A stretch of 64,000 nucleotides of DNA from Vitrella brassicaformis CCMP3155 (Eukaryota > Protista > Chromerida). The stretch covers positions 1-64,000 of the forward strand of contig CDMY01000433.1 of assembly GCA_001179505.1 (NCBI GenBank). Reading direction: 5' to 3'. Every line of letters begins with the position of its first letter. The first letter of the stretch is position 1. The translations under genes were made by a program, and so were the position numbers. Positions 20,729-34,700 of this stretch are shown here, piece by piece. Under the pieces are notes generated by a model. It saw only the letters and a list, made by a program, of their open reading frames with translations, had not been told where the DNA came from and made no database searches.

Positions 20729-23700
20729 ATGTCTGTCACCTTGCCTGCTTGGGAGATATGGGGCGCCAAGGGGCGCATGACGTCATATGGAGGCCAGCAC
20801 TTTTGCTTCGCAGCCGAGGACTCATTGCTGTTTGCTGCTGGCAGTACCCTCTTCACACTCGACCTCGACAGCGGCGAAACCGAGCCTCTCATCACTAACC
20901 CGCGCGGCATTGCGGCCTTCGCCGGCAACCCCAGAAGGCGACTCGTGGCTTATGCTGACCAGGGACCCGAGCCAGCCATTCACGTGCTGCGTTCCACTGA
21001 CAAGACCCTTCAGTTCCGCTTTGAAGGGGCGGCGGAGTTGGACCTCGCTGACTTGACCTTCTCGCGATGCGGCACGCGGCTATATGCGGCATCGCGGTCG
21101 ACTCGGGTGCGGCTGACCATCTACAGCATGCAGACGGGGGGGCTGATCCAGGGTGGGGAGCTGGAGCTGCCGCAGCGCATCGACACCATCTCGGTGGACC
21201 CCCTCAACAAGGACTCGCTTGCACTGGTGTCGTTCAACAATGTCCGCATCCTCACCATCACGCCATCATTCGAGGCACACATCCTCACACTGAGACCTCC
21301 ATCTCTGCCACTAGAGGAGCAGCCGGGCGGCGCCAAGGGCGGGGAGGACAGTACGGGCCACACCAACCCCTTCGGCCGGGTGGGCGGCACGTGCTGGACG
21401 GCTACGCACAAGCTGCTGGTGTGGACAAAGGCGGCTGTACTCGTGACTATCGACGGCAACACAGGCGAGACACTCCACGCTTGCCGAGCCAATCACTTCG
21501 ACGCGTTCCACGGCCTCATAGTCACCCGGTCCCACCTCCTCACCTGCCACTCTGGGCAATGCCAGGAGCCCAAGCCAGCTCTTCTCTACCCGACAGAAGA
21601 GGACGAGAGCCCCCGAACTGTCGGTTCGAAGCGGAGCAACCAAGCCCCTGGTTTCTCGTCGAGCATGTCGCAGGGGGGCATGTCGCATCGCAGCGGGAGC
21701 GGGCAGGAGGGACAGCAGCCAGAGTACCCCGACGGGCCGTCCATCCAGTTCTGGAAGTATCACGAGGAGGCTTTGGCCACTAGTGGGGTCAGCATGGACG
21801 GCGTGACGATATCGGCGCTGTCAGCGATGGACCCTGAGCATGAGGAAGAGCAGAGGGGCGGCGCTGTGGACGGCGTCAGCACCATCGCAAGCCCACAAAT
21901 CGGAGGGCCCAAGATACTCCCCTCAGCCACAAGTAAGTCAATCAAGAGGAGAGAGACACGGCGTAACGAATCATGCCGTAATTCTTTGTTGCATTCATTC
22001 TGCTCAGCGATGCATCCTCTGTCTGGCGCAGCCCCCCCTCTCTATTCTCTGCGCCGCATCGGCTCCATCAGGGCCACCAATGCATTCGGCAGCAACACTG
22101 CCATGCTTAGCCAGGAGGAGGGAGCCGTTGAGCAGCCACAGGCCGCCGACGACATCTCCGGCTCCTTCTTGCTGCCCACCGCTGTGCGTTTGGTGGGCTG
22201 CGACCCGCGCTACTCGCATTGTCTCATCCTCACAACTGACGGGACACTCTGGCGTGGCGACCTGGGCATCCGGGGGGCGCATGAAGGCGGGGGATCGCCA
22301 ATGGTCAGTAGGGAGGGGCAGGGTATCGTGATGATGGATGCCATCCATGGATGTGGGGATGGTTGTATGTGTGTTTGCATTGCATAGGGCCGTGGTGAGT
22401 CGAGAATAGAGGACGAGGAGGACGAGGAGGAGGTGCGGTACGACGGCTACACACTGCGCATCTGCTCGGTCGGGCAGAGACACTACGTGGTGGGAGGCGG
22501 CTTCCTCACCGGCACACACAGGGCGGTCACTGTCGACCATGGAGGACATGTCAGGTGCTGATGAATGGATGGATGGTGTCACCGCACGAAAAAATACCCC
22601 TGAATCCCTCTCCGGTGTCTGTGTGTTTTGTTCAGGTTATGGGACGCACCTGTCCGCAACGGCTCCCATCACATCAGCGAATGTGAGAGGAACAGTCAGC
22701 AGAGCCTTCAATCTCACATCCACCCTTTTCTCTGTCTCTGTCTCTCTCTCTGTCTCTGTCTCTGTGTATCAGACCCACTGTGTCTAAGCCAGTTGATTCT
22801 GCCGACTATCCCCACGTGTGCCGTCCTCCGTCGGAAAGGTAGCTTCGCCTTCATTGGCTCCTCCGGCGGTGTGCTGAGATGGCTGGACCTCCGCGACCCG
22901 ATGGACCCACATGTGGCAACGGAAATCAAGTACGCTGCACATCATTGAGTATAGTGACATTTCTTAGTGAATGTGGTATCCTCTTTCAGAATAAGCGAGG
23001 GTGAGATATGCCAGTTGTCCGAGTGCCCCTTCCCTCCTGCTCCAGCCACCGCGGCAGCCGACTCACCACCACCCCCTGAGGAGGCCACCGAGCCCCCCAG
23101 TCAGTGGGCGGTGCTGCTGGCCACCCACCACCTGGGCTTCATCATCACGCCACCGCCACGCAGCCCTCCCGCATCCAAGAACGAGTCGAGCGGGGAGGAC
23201 GACCAGGAGGATGACGCAGAGGGGGGCGATGCTGAGTCCGGGGAAGGAGGTGAGAATGACGCCGATGTGGAGCTGACGTTCCAGGGGATGGTGGGTCTGC
23301 CGTGTGTGGGGGGCGAGCCGTCGGTGACGTGCGGGCCTGAGTGGGCTGTTGGGCCGGTGGGGGAGCGTGTGGTGTTACTTGGAGGAGTCATGAACCGCAA
23401 GGATGAGGGGCTGCAGGAGGGATACCTGCTCACCGTGCAGGTACATGGTGGGGGGGCGGGGACAACAGCGATCGGCCGTTCTGCATGCGTCTTGCCATCC
23501 TCCAATCAGGCTCCGGACTACCACTTCCTTCCCGCAGACAATCTGCTAGACAGAAAGGTACCCCACACCGCCACAAAGACATCCAAAAGGGGTGGGTGAG
23601 GCAATGTGTCTCTGTGTCTCACTCCAGAGTGTGGAACTGAGGAGTGGCGGCCTGCCCTTCCAGCCCATGTGTGTGTGCGTCAACAACGTCAACGCACCCG

Positions 23701-26700
23701 CACGAGATTGCGTCGTGGGCCTGCAATCGGGGGATGTCATCCTCTGCCAGCTCCCCGACCAACAGGCAAGAAATACATACACACGGACATCTCATTAATC
23801 TCTTTTTTCCCTCTTCTCATTGGTCCAGGGCGGACCGTCAGGTGCCTCCCCCTCTGTGTCCTACCAGTCCCTCTACCGCCACTCACACCCCGTCACCGCG
23901 CTGTGCATCACTGCCGGGCCAGTCGACTCACGGCTTCTCTGCTCGGCGTGCATGGGGGGCGAGATCACCGTCTCCGCGTTCCCACTCAAAGGCGATGTCA
24001 ATGCCTCCCAGTCGTCCACTCTGTCGGCTCCTCTGACGTTCTTCTCGTGTCTCTCGGGGGGCGTGGAGCTGCTCAGGCTGTCAGATTCGGGCGCCCTGGG
24101 GCTTTGCTCTAGTGGTACGGAGGGCCTGGTGTGGTGGGGGTGCCCCCTGAGGGAATACAAGCCGCCCGCCCAGGCAGACAGCAATGAGCCGCCACAGGTC
24201 ACCCTCGATGTGCCGCCGGTAAGCGTGAGGGGGCGAGCGAACGCACCATGCATCTTTGCCATCGTTGCCATGTGTCTCGTTCGATGTGCTGCGCTCGGTC
24301 GGTAGAAGTGCGGTTTGCCCGACTCTGAGGTGACTGTGTGGAGCCCTTTGCCGACCGAGGTGGTGCGCAGCCGCCTGCAGACTGCGGATGAGCAGGCAGA
24401 GGCCGAGAAAGTCAGGAAGACGATCATCGGTGAGATGGAGCTGCTCAGGAAGAAGCTCAGGACACTCATCGACAACAACGAGGTCAGCTAGACCACACAG
24501 ACGTAAATCATCTACCTCACTTCTCTCTGCTTGCGCATCTGTACAGGGCAGTGCTGACCTGGAGCGTCTGCATCGGCCGGTGTTTTGCGTCGACGAGGAG
24601 AAGGTGAACGCGCTGGAGAGTGCGGCCCAGGCGGAGTGCAATACCGTCAAGGCGCAGATCGAGTCTGAGAATGCGGGCCGTCGTCTGCTGCGTCAGCGGC
24701 TGATAGAGGAGTTCTGGGACACCATGCAGGTGCCGGGGCAGGCCATCGTCGGGTTCACGTCTGACCTCATGGGTAAGCCAGACATACAAACGAATCGACA
24801 CTGGCACTATGCAATGCTGGGCGTATTTGTGTCTCATCAGTCCACAACTTTCCGCTCCGTCGTCAGCAGCCGGCCGCAGAGGGACTCGAAAAGAAACTCA
24901 AATTCCTCAGGTCATGTCAGCCCAGTGCATGTCTGTCTTGTGGTGCACCCCTTGTCTCCATCTCCATCTGTTGTGTTATGCATCCATCCATCAGACATCT
25001 CGAGAAGAAGGAGGAGAAGTGGCTGTGTTCGCCCATGGACACGGCACTGCCTCACCTCAAGGACCAGGACATGCTCCTGGACCTGCACCTTGTCACGTCT
25101 CATGATGTCAGCCAGCTGCGGACGGCTGCATACACACAGTCAATGCATCCATCTGTGTCGCGTGCCCTGACTGACAGGAGAAGTATTTGGTCAACTGGCG
25201 GCCTCGTGACCTGATTGGCGCCCCCGAGGCGCAGGTGACCGATGCCGCCAAGGGAGAGTCGTCGCCCTCAGCCAAGACAGCCGAAGGGGAGGAGGAAGCA
25301 GAAGCCGACAGCAGCCCTGGTGAGCAATGACTGTTTGATTGCACCACACCCCAACACCCCACACCCCACGTGTTTCTATCTTTGCCTGGCAGTTGGTGCA
25401 TCTCGTGCCATGTCGACCAAGAGTCTGGCCACGACCGTGGCTGGTGGGGAGGGCGGCAAGGGAGACGACGACAAGCAGGTCCAGGGGTTCCTCTACGCAC
25501 CTTTCGAGCTGCTCACCGACACCAGGCGACGTCTGCAGTGCTACCTGCTGCAGACCAGGGCAAACGAGGTCCGGACATACACACAAACAGAGATTGGCGT
25601 CCTCCATTGTGTGCTCCGTGTTGTACTGGTCAGCTTCGTCGCGCCTTCAACCAGGAGTTTGCGTCTCTCCTGCAGCACAAGCACACCGTCCTCGACCACA
25701 TCCACGAGCGCCTCGACAAGCTCCGCAAGATCCTGCAGGAGCTCCAGACACCCACCCAAGACGCTGCCGCGACCGCTGACGACGCCCAGGCCACCCCCGC
25801 CCCTCCACCGGCCCCCCTGATAGAGCTGCCGACCCCGCAGCCGTCGAAGGAGGAGAGTCCCGAGTCGGTGCTCAAGGTGGAGGACAGCGAGGTGCAGATA
25901 GAGAAGTACGTGTCCAGGCAGGAGCAGGAGCGGCTCAGAAAGGAGAGGGAGGCGGCCGACGCGAAGCTCAAGGAGATGCAGAAGGACGACAGCGGGGCGA
26001 GGGCGCTCGGCCAGATGATGGGCGGCGTGCTCAAGACCAAGAAGGACCTCACCATACTCGAGATTCGCATCGAACGGTCGGTCGGTCGCGTGCCACACAA
26101 CAGATTGAGACACACATCCACCATTCATTCGATGGGTGTGTGTTTTTGTGATGTGCTTGTGCAGTGAGGACTGGATGGACACCGTGCCGTTTGACCAGAT
26201 GAGTGACGCGCAGAAGGCGGCGATGAAGGAGTTCGAGCAGAAGGAGAAGGACCTCCTGGAGGAACAAGACAAATACAGAAAACAACTCGACGTCGACCTC
26301 AAGAAAATCAAGTCAACCAGCCAACCAGCCAACCAGCCAACCAACCAACCAGCCAATACACACACTCGCCCCCTTACTCTCTCTCTGTGTGTCTGCAGGA
26401 CCGAGGTGACGGACCTGATGGTCCAGTTCGACTCCAAACTGAGAGAACTCCTGCACGCAAGGTACGTTGGCTTGGCTGGCAAATAGACAGACACATCAAG
26501 CGAGAGGCACAAGCCAAGTGGGTGTTTGTGATGGATGATGCATGTGCAGGCACCTGACAGAGCTGGAGATCTGCAAGCAGGAGCTGTACGCCTGCCGGCT
26601 GTATCTGTTCCTGCTGCAGCAGGAGCAGGACGCGCAGCTCACACACTCGCTCACCCAGCAGCTGCAGCACAAGACACACGACTACCACGCTGCCAAGAAA

Positions 26701-27211
26701 AGAGCCGAGGAGTTCCACGCACAAGTCAGCCAGCCACTGAGAAAACAGCGACACTCAGACAGCTGTGTCTCACACTCTCTCTGTGTCTCTGTGTGCCTGT
26801 GATAGGTGGAGGTTGCTGAACATGAGGCGTCTGAGCTGGTTCACGCGGAGAGGGAGCTGGGTGTGTCGTTCCGTCAGCACATGTACCCATTCGGCGTCGA
26901 CGGCGAACAGATGGCCGCACTCATCAAACTATTCAGACACAAGTCAGTCAGTCAGTCAGTCAGACAACTCAACCGACACAACAACATCACAAGGCCGAAA
27001 GATTCGTTGGTTGCCTCGTTCCCTCCCTCAGGGGTTTGCCTCCGTCCAAGGCCGAGCAGCAGGCGCCTCCCGCCGCAGGCGGGATCAAACGGACGTTCAG
27101 CCGGGCGGGCTCACAGGGACAGTTCTCACAGGACGGCGCTGAGGGAGCCACACTCGACCCATACAGTGAGCGACCGAGCGAATGCGAACACACATCACCA
27201 ATAGCAGGAAA

Positions 27212-27261
<50 letters not shown>

Positions 27262-28916
27262 TGTGTGGAGGCAGTTGAGACGGGTGATGATGTGGCTGCT
27301 GGTGGCCCCGCGCTGCGCAAGGCGCCGACCATGGCGTCCAAGGGCCCTTCAGAGAAATCCAAGACACAGCAGGAACAGGAATTCCACCACCTCATCTACC
27401 CCGACGTACCGACACACACATACACATACATTCATAGGAAATGACACCGCCCCCGAGTGTGCGTGTCCCATGCCACAGGACTGTCCGCATGGTGTGAGTG
27501 AGGAGGCCTTCGACAAGATGAACGAGCTCAGGGAGGAAAGGTATCGGCTGGAGCAGCTTCTCAACCAGGCCCATGCCAAGCTGGAACAGATGAGGGCCTA
27601 CGCACAACATCTGCACGAGGTGCGCCAAAGACAGATCTACTATATAGCTACTCCAACTCTCTATGTCCCTCCCTCTCTGTGTGTGCCAGCGTGTGTCTGC
27701 AAGCCACAAAGACATATACGAGACGGAGACGCGGCTGCACGACCACATGGATTCCATCCAAAACGAGCACTACGACCTGGAGCTGCTGCTGCAGCTGAAA
27801 CAGGGACAAGTGGAGGTGCCGCAGGCGCCTGTCGTGACGGACTACAGCGACGCCATTGTGGTGCCCAAACACACAGTCGAAGACAAGAACGCCATGGTCC
27901 TCGAGCTCGGCAAAGAGAAAACCAACACACTCAACGCCATCAAAGTCAGCTCACCCTCCACACAGGACAGCCAAACCCATGTACTCACCGCCTGTCTCTC
28001 AGGACTTCCGGCGTCGGCTGATATTGCTGGAGTGGGAGCACCGGCTGCTAGCCCTGCAGGCGTCAGACTTCGAGGAGCGCACCAAGGACGTCCACATGCT
28101 CAGAGTCACCAAAGACCTCCAGTCCGTCCTAGCACTCGCACTGAGGGGTCCATCCGGCGGTGGCGGCAGTGGCGGGACCGGCGAGACCATGGCGGTAGGA
28201 GACAGCCGGCAGGCGGCGGCAGCCGAGCTGCTGGAGAGGAAGATGGAGCATTTGGCGCAGTCACTCAAGGCCAAGACGCAAAACTTCAAGAGGCAATTCC
28301 AAAGCGTCAGGGCGCAAATCGCCACCAGGGTGAGGGATGGAGTGGAGACACAAACACCCTTGTGCACCTAACCTCACCGCATTGTCAGTCGTCCGAGAAT
28401 GCGCTCCTTGAAGAGAAGCTGCGGGACCTGCGGCAGGGGGTATGCAGAACAACAAGCCGATTGATCGCTCGAGAGACACCCCTGCATGTCTCTGTGTGCG
28501 TCTGCGCAGGTAAAGCAGCGTGAGCACATCCGTCGCATCAAGGCCACCACGTCTGCCCCGACCAAGCCCCAGGCGCCCCCCGCAGCAGCTGAGGGTGAGA
28601 AGCCGCAAGTCGGCGCCGGCAAGGCAGGGCGTGACGAGGGTGAGATTCGGTTCAAGGAGGTGCAGCAGCGGACGCACCTTCTGGAGCTCGTGAAGAGACA
28701 CACGAAGGAGATTGAACTGCTCAGAAAGGAACTTGATCGACTCAGGTGGGGTGGGTCAGCTTAAGGCAAACCCCCTCCCTCCCTACCGTCTCGCTCTCTT
28801 GTGCGCTGCGCTTCTGTGTGGTGAATGAAATTTGCAGGCAGAGGACGTTCCCGACGTTTGTGCATCTGTACCAGTCTCACCCTGCGAACCCTGATGCGTC
28901 ATCAGGCATGGCTTAA
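20729..28916 (+). CDS. CFAP43: Cilia- and flagella-associated protein 43 (WD40 N-terminus, long coiled-coil C-terminus)
   Basis: N-terminal beta-propeller (IAAFAGNPRRRLVAYADQGPEPAIHV...LTFSRCG). C-terminal CFAP43-like blocks ARALGQMMGGVLKTKK, KEFEQKEKDLLEEQDKYRKQLDVDLKKI, LEWEHRLLALQASDFEERTKDVHMLRVTKDLQ and terminal LRQRTFPTF. Stop TAA at 28914-28916. Confidence 0.85.
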
Positions 28917-29193
28917 GGTGCTGGTCAGTCAATTCAGGTATGTTGGTGCTCTTTGCTGGCAGAGCAGGTCGATTACAACTAACTGGTCCAGTGCAGTGCG
29001 TGTGTTTCGATGTCCTTATGCATGTGATGTCTGTCTGTATTCGGACGCATTTGTCCATCGGGATCGCTGTGTTTACACACAGCTGTCCTGTCTGGAACAC
29101 TCACCTCATAGACACCACTGACCTCTAAGTATACACACAAGCGTCTCACTGTACCACACCCCATCTATCTCTATCACACATAGACAAAGATGC

Positions 29194-30150
29194 TCACACT
29201 CGTCTTCTCTCTCTGGCTCTGGGCGGCCTGACTTTGGGCAGCCGTGGCATGTGCAGCAGGCCCGTCACGGTGAGGCCCTGTGCGTGGAACGTCTGCAGGC
29301 ACGTGTCCACCTTCATCACTCGCCGGAACTTGACGTCCACGTGTGTTATGCCCAGCCGCTTGCACTTGCGCGCTATGTTCTGTGCGATGCGCTCCGTGCA
29401 CGCCGGCGACTGGTGGGCGGCCCCCCGGTACCCCACGTTGCCGGCGTGAGACGTGAAGATAATGCGGTAGTTGCGCGACTTGTTCAGCACCTGCCGACAC
29501 ACACACACTTGACACACACTGGCTGGGGGATGGAGGGAGTCCCTCCCTCAGCCAGGCAGTACACGTACGTACGTTGATCCAGCAGTTGTTTTTGGATGAG
29601 GTGATGACGACTTGGAATTTGTCGGTTGGCTCGCAAATGTGGCCGTTCTTGTTGCGCTCGACGTTGTGGAACTCTGGACGGTCTCCTGACACACCCACAC
29701 ACACCGACAAGAGGGCAAATACACACACACGAACACACACACACACTCCACTGCCGCTGCCTGATGCCTGACGATGTCCATGCATGAGTGGCTGAACTGA
29801 CCTATGAGTCTGTACTTGCGCGGGTTGCCTTGCAGCTTTCGCAAGTCGGCCTTTGTAAGCTGCACCTTCTTGCGCGTCTTCTGCACTGACTCGCCAATGT
29901 CGTTCAGCGCCTCCTCTGCACAGCACACACATCACACACATCACATGCGATGACAACATCAATCACAGCCACAGAGGTCTTGACCGATGTCCCTGACGCA
30001 CCGACCCACCCCACCTGCAGCATCCGACAATCGTGTGGTGCCGGGCCCGAAAGCTTCACTGGTGCTGGTGCTGGCCGATGATGCATCAGCAGCAGCAGTA
30101 GCAGCCTCGGAGAAGGGGCGCCGCTGTCGCAGGAGGGCTGCACTCATCAT
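29194..30150 (-). CDS. MRPS11: Mitochondrial ribosomal protein uS11m
   Basis: Transit-like MMSAALLRQRRPFS, then VVITSSKNNCWIN, FTSHAGNVGYRGA, IARKCKRLGITHVDVKFR and C-terminal RPPRARERRRV*, matching the S11 pattern. Confidence 0.8.
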
Positions 30151-30254
30151 CCATGATCTCGTTCTTGCCAGATGGCCGTCAAGGCAGTGACATGCAGCCA
30201 CTCTGGGCCAAGGAAAGCCTCTCAAACACGCCATTCTGCCTTCCACTTGAGGGC

Positions 30255-30271
30255 AGCTCGCACTGCGAGCT
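30255..30271. promoter_or_regulatory. Palindromic pair of the AGCTCGCA motif in a bidirectional gap
   Basis: AGCTCGCA-C-TGCGAGCT, a perfect inverted repeat with a 1-nt spacer, lies between the uS11m and EF-hand start codons. Confidence 0.55.
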
Positions 30272-30315
30272 CAGTTTGCAGAGGGACACAGAAGCCTTGA
30301 GTGAAGGCCAGCAGG

Positions 30316-31385
30316 ATGAAGCGGCTTCTGGCCCGGATCCTTCCCGCCGCGCAGCACTCGGTGGCGAAGGCGCCTTCACTGGCGCCCAAGGGCAGCCAGG
30401 TGCTCACGAGGCGGACGTACCAGCAGATCCCGATCCAATCAGACACCTATTGGGGTACGGTACGCAGCCATCCAACGTGGACAGATGGACAGATGATGCA
30501 GTCCATCTATTGACTCACCTGGTGTCCTTGTGTGTGGTGCTTTGTGTGCAGCGACGAGTGGCGCTCTCAGGCTGGAGGTGGGCTGGGCCACGCACCCTTG
30601 TTGCACTCTGCAGTGCAGTGCACTGCGTCGTTGTCAGTCAGGCGCATTCGTGTGGGAGTGTGTTGTGTTGTTTGCTGCGTGTTGTGGTGCCCTCCTGGCT
30701 GCAGAAGAAGACGCCAAGCTACGACGATTCTGCCATTCAGGAGTGGAAGGACCAGTTCCCCCATCTCAAGGACTACAGCGCGGCTGACCTCATGGAGTGG
30801 AGGCGAGCGGTGAGCCACACCGCTACACACACACACACACACACACAGACACAGACACGCACTCAAGCGTGTGTTTGTAAATCAGTTCGATTCGTTTGAC
30901 GTGGACAACGACGGGTTCATAAGCCAGGCTGACCTGCAGAAGGACCCCTCCTTCACGGTGGAGAAGATCCACCTTCTCAAGGAGTACGACAGGGACAAGA
31001 ACGCTCTCATCGACTTCGGCGAGTTCGTAGAGGCCATGATGGCCATCGACATGACCTCACTCAGGGACTCATTCGCAGGATTCGACGTAAGCGCTTAAGC
31101 GAAGAGAGAGAGAGGTCGCACCCAACCCACACACGCATTCAGTGTCGTTGGTCGGTTTTCGTGCAGCCGTCTGATGTGATCCTTGAGTTTGACCGTTATT
31201 CGGTGACCCCTGACGGCTCCCAGCGAGGTCGGCGCATCACGCTGGACGGCGTGAAGCACGTGATGCGCGAGCACGACTTCTCGGTGGTGTGCGACCACGA
31301 CGCGAGGAAGCTGTTCAGCCACATGGACATCAACGGGGACAACGAGATTGACTTCGAGGACTTCAAACAATGGCTAAAACACTGA
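30316..31385 (+). CDS. EF-hand calcium-binding protein with a probable mitochondrial presequence
   Basis: EF loops DVDNDGFISQAD, DRDKNALIDFGE and DINGDNEIDFED plus one degenerate loop. The N-terminus MKRLLARILPAAQHSVAKAPSLAPKGSQVLTRRTY is basic and free of acidic residues. Confidence 0.8.
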
Positions 31386-31799
31386 GGAGGAATGAGAGAA
31401 TGGCGACAGGCTGTCGGCCGTGTGCTTGGTCGACTCCCTTATTATTTTTGGCGTGTCTGTCTGTCGAGAGAAAGGGGCGCCGCACTGATCTGAATGTGTG
31501 TGTGTGTGGGAGTGATATGTGGCCGTGCTACTTTTTGCTGGCACCCACAGATGGGACACATGCTGTGTCCGTTGTGAGTTGGTGTGTGTGTGTGTTTGTA
31601 TTTGCCGAGGGTGCGGTGCGTTGCGTTGCGTTGTTGGTGCATTTATTACATGTTGATGCATTGCAATCGAGAGAAGAGAAGAGAAGAGGTGCCTTCCCTT
31701 GGCTTCCAGCTTTATGACTGACACGTAGGGGTGCATGGGATGGAGGGGTTGGGTGGAACTGAACTGTCTGTCTGTCATGACATACGCCTGTGTGTGACG

Positions 31800-34700
31800 T
31801 GGACCATCCATTCATGCAAGCATGCAAGCAAGACATGCAATCAATGCATGCACTGGGGGTGAATAATGTCCATCCATCCATCCATCCGGCGCACACACAC
31901 ACGTATGTATGCGTAACAACCAACATCGATCAATCGAGTCGATGAGTGTCAACCAACCAACCAAGGAAGGAACCAATGAACCAATGAGTCAGCAATCGAT
32001 CACATCACATCACACGGCGGCCGACATGGGTGCACCACGCACCCAACGCACCAAGGGCTCTTGCAGGTGTGATAATAATGAGTATGTATGTAGGTATGTA
32101 TGTATGTAGGTATGGGTACCAATGCGCAGCACAGCGCTGCTCGCTCTCGCAGGCAGAACACACACGAGTGAGTCACTGAGTAAGCGGCTCTCACACCAAC
32201 CAGCCATCCAACCATCCATCCATATTTCCTGCCGGCAAGGCAAGACAGCAGACACACATACAAGCAGGGGAGGCACCACAGGCAGGCAGGCAGCCGAGCG
32301 AGCAAGCGAACAAGACAGCCAGACGTGAGAGCGAGGAGGTGAAAGGAAAGAGCCAGCCAGCCTGCCAGCCAGGCGTTCGATCGAAGCGTCCATCCGCAGC
32401 TATACAGACATACACACACAGAATGAGCGGGCAGCATGGCACGGCGCGGCATCTGTGGATGATGAAGTGGCGTGGATGGGGTGAATGGAAATAGATGCAC
32501 AGGTGGGTGTGGGTGTGGGTGGTGGGGGGTGAGAGTGACGGGGGAGAGAGCAGCCCCTTCGGGGACCAGACAGACAGACAGCAGCCAGTGAAAATCAATC
32601 AATCAATCAACCAACCAGCCATCCCATAATGTGGAGAGCACCAAAAAGTTCTACCAAGCCATAAATTGTGTGGATCCCCCTCCCCCTCTCTCTACCGGGG
32701 GTCTCCCTGCGTGTGTATGTGCGTGTGGTGTATGTTGGTACGAACGAGTGAATCAATGAGCCCCCAGAGACAACGAATGCATCCACACAGCTGGAGAGCG
32801 TGCTTGGGAAGGGAAGACAGAGATACGGAAAAAACGTCGGCAGCTGCTGCCACCCCAGTGAGTGCGTGGCCAGCCCGCCGACTCGTGTGGGTGCGGTGCG
32901 ATCGGTGTGTCCATCCATCCATTCATCCATCCACGCTGCGTATGCACTCGTTCGTACATGCATCCAACCAACCAACCGCCCAACCGAGGACGGGACGGAG
33001 GCTGTGCTGTGGGGATAAATATTACACGCACGCACGCACCAGACAGAATGCAAACGAAGCCATCCATCCATCCATCCATCCATCCATGAAGCAGACTATC
33101 GGTCATGCACACACGGACGCCGCTGCTTCCCCCCTCCCCCCCCTCCCTCCCTCCCCATGTGTGTGGGCATCCCATCCACCCACCCACCCACCCAGCCCCA
33201 CCACTAGGTGAAAAAACAGGAACTGATGAAAGCAAGACAGCGACAGATAGACAGCCAGGCAGCTGCAGACACGTGTACGTATGTATGCACGCATCTCACC
33301 CCACCCCAGTTTTCACGCAGCCTCCTCTGGCACTCCGACAGACTGACTGACTGACTGACGCGCGTGAGTGTGCGCGTGACGGTGCGTGTCGGTATGTATG
33401 GTTTGTAGGGCTCGCTCACTCACTCACTCACAAAACACAGCCGGCCGGCGATGCACACATGCCATGCATGGCCATCCGTGCAGGCATGTGCACATGGCAG
33501 CTTGGGAAAAATGACCGCTGGGCAGAGGAAGAGGAGATGAGCAAGCCAAGACAGACAGACACCCACGCGAGCAGATCGGTCGATCGGTCGGCCGGTCGGT
33601 CAGAAGAGGGAGCCGTGCTAATGACATAAAACGCCGCTTGTGGATGTGTGTATGGTGTGTATGTACGTGTGTGTGTGTGGTTGAACTAGCCATCACCAGG
33701 CCACTGAGCCAGGTCACGTCACGCCATGCCACGCAAGCAGACACAAGAACAAGGTCCGCCAATTCACTAGTTAGGCAGTCGGCCACCCAAGCAGTCAGTC
33801 AATCAGCCAATCGTTCAGGTAGTCAGTCAGTTAGTGGAACCACACACAGCAAGTGGGCCTCTCGCTCTCTCGCTCGCTCTCTTTCTCTTTCTCGCCCTCG
33901 CTCTCTCTCTCGTACGTCATCAGCGTTAGGGTCCGGACAACATGTACACATAGCACATAACACAGAGCGTCAACACCGGCAGGCAGGCAGGCAGCACACA
34001 TACACCGCACCACGGGCAGAAAAATGTGATGAAGCATCCAGGAAGGAACAACCAAGCAGCCATCCATCGGACCATCCATCCATCCATCCATCCAGAGAGG
34101 CGCCCCGTCCCGTCCCGTACGTAAAAAAGCCGTGTCAGCTAATGTCGGCAGGGCAGGAGGGCCACCCCACCAATCCACCCACCGTATGTGTGTGTATGAA
34201 TGTTATGTGTGCTGAGTGTGTGCCGAGAGACCGCTGTGTGGGCGGGGCGGCCGACAGCCATACAGACAGACAGGCGGACCAGAAATAGGCTATATATCGA
34301 TCAATGTGTATGTGTGTTGGGAGGGGGCCGGGCCAACGATTGAATGAATTGCCTCACTCTCTGATCGGCTGGCGGCTGGCTGATACAGAGGCAGGCAAGA
34401 GAAGCGAAGGAAAACGCAAAGGAACCTTCTGACTGACTGACTGACTGGTCGTCTCGCCATCCACGCCAAGCCGCAGCCACCACTCAAACCGCTCTGGAGC
34501 TCCCTCCCTCCCTCCCTCGCTTGCATGCTTGCTGTGTCTCTCTCTTGGCGCGCACAAACACACACACACATACATACACACGGACACTGTGACTGACGCC
34601 ATCCATGGATGTGATCTCAGCACACGGAACGTATAGGTGAAAAAGAGGCAGGCATGCAGCTGCCAACCCAACCGACCGATCAACCGATCGGCCGACAGTG

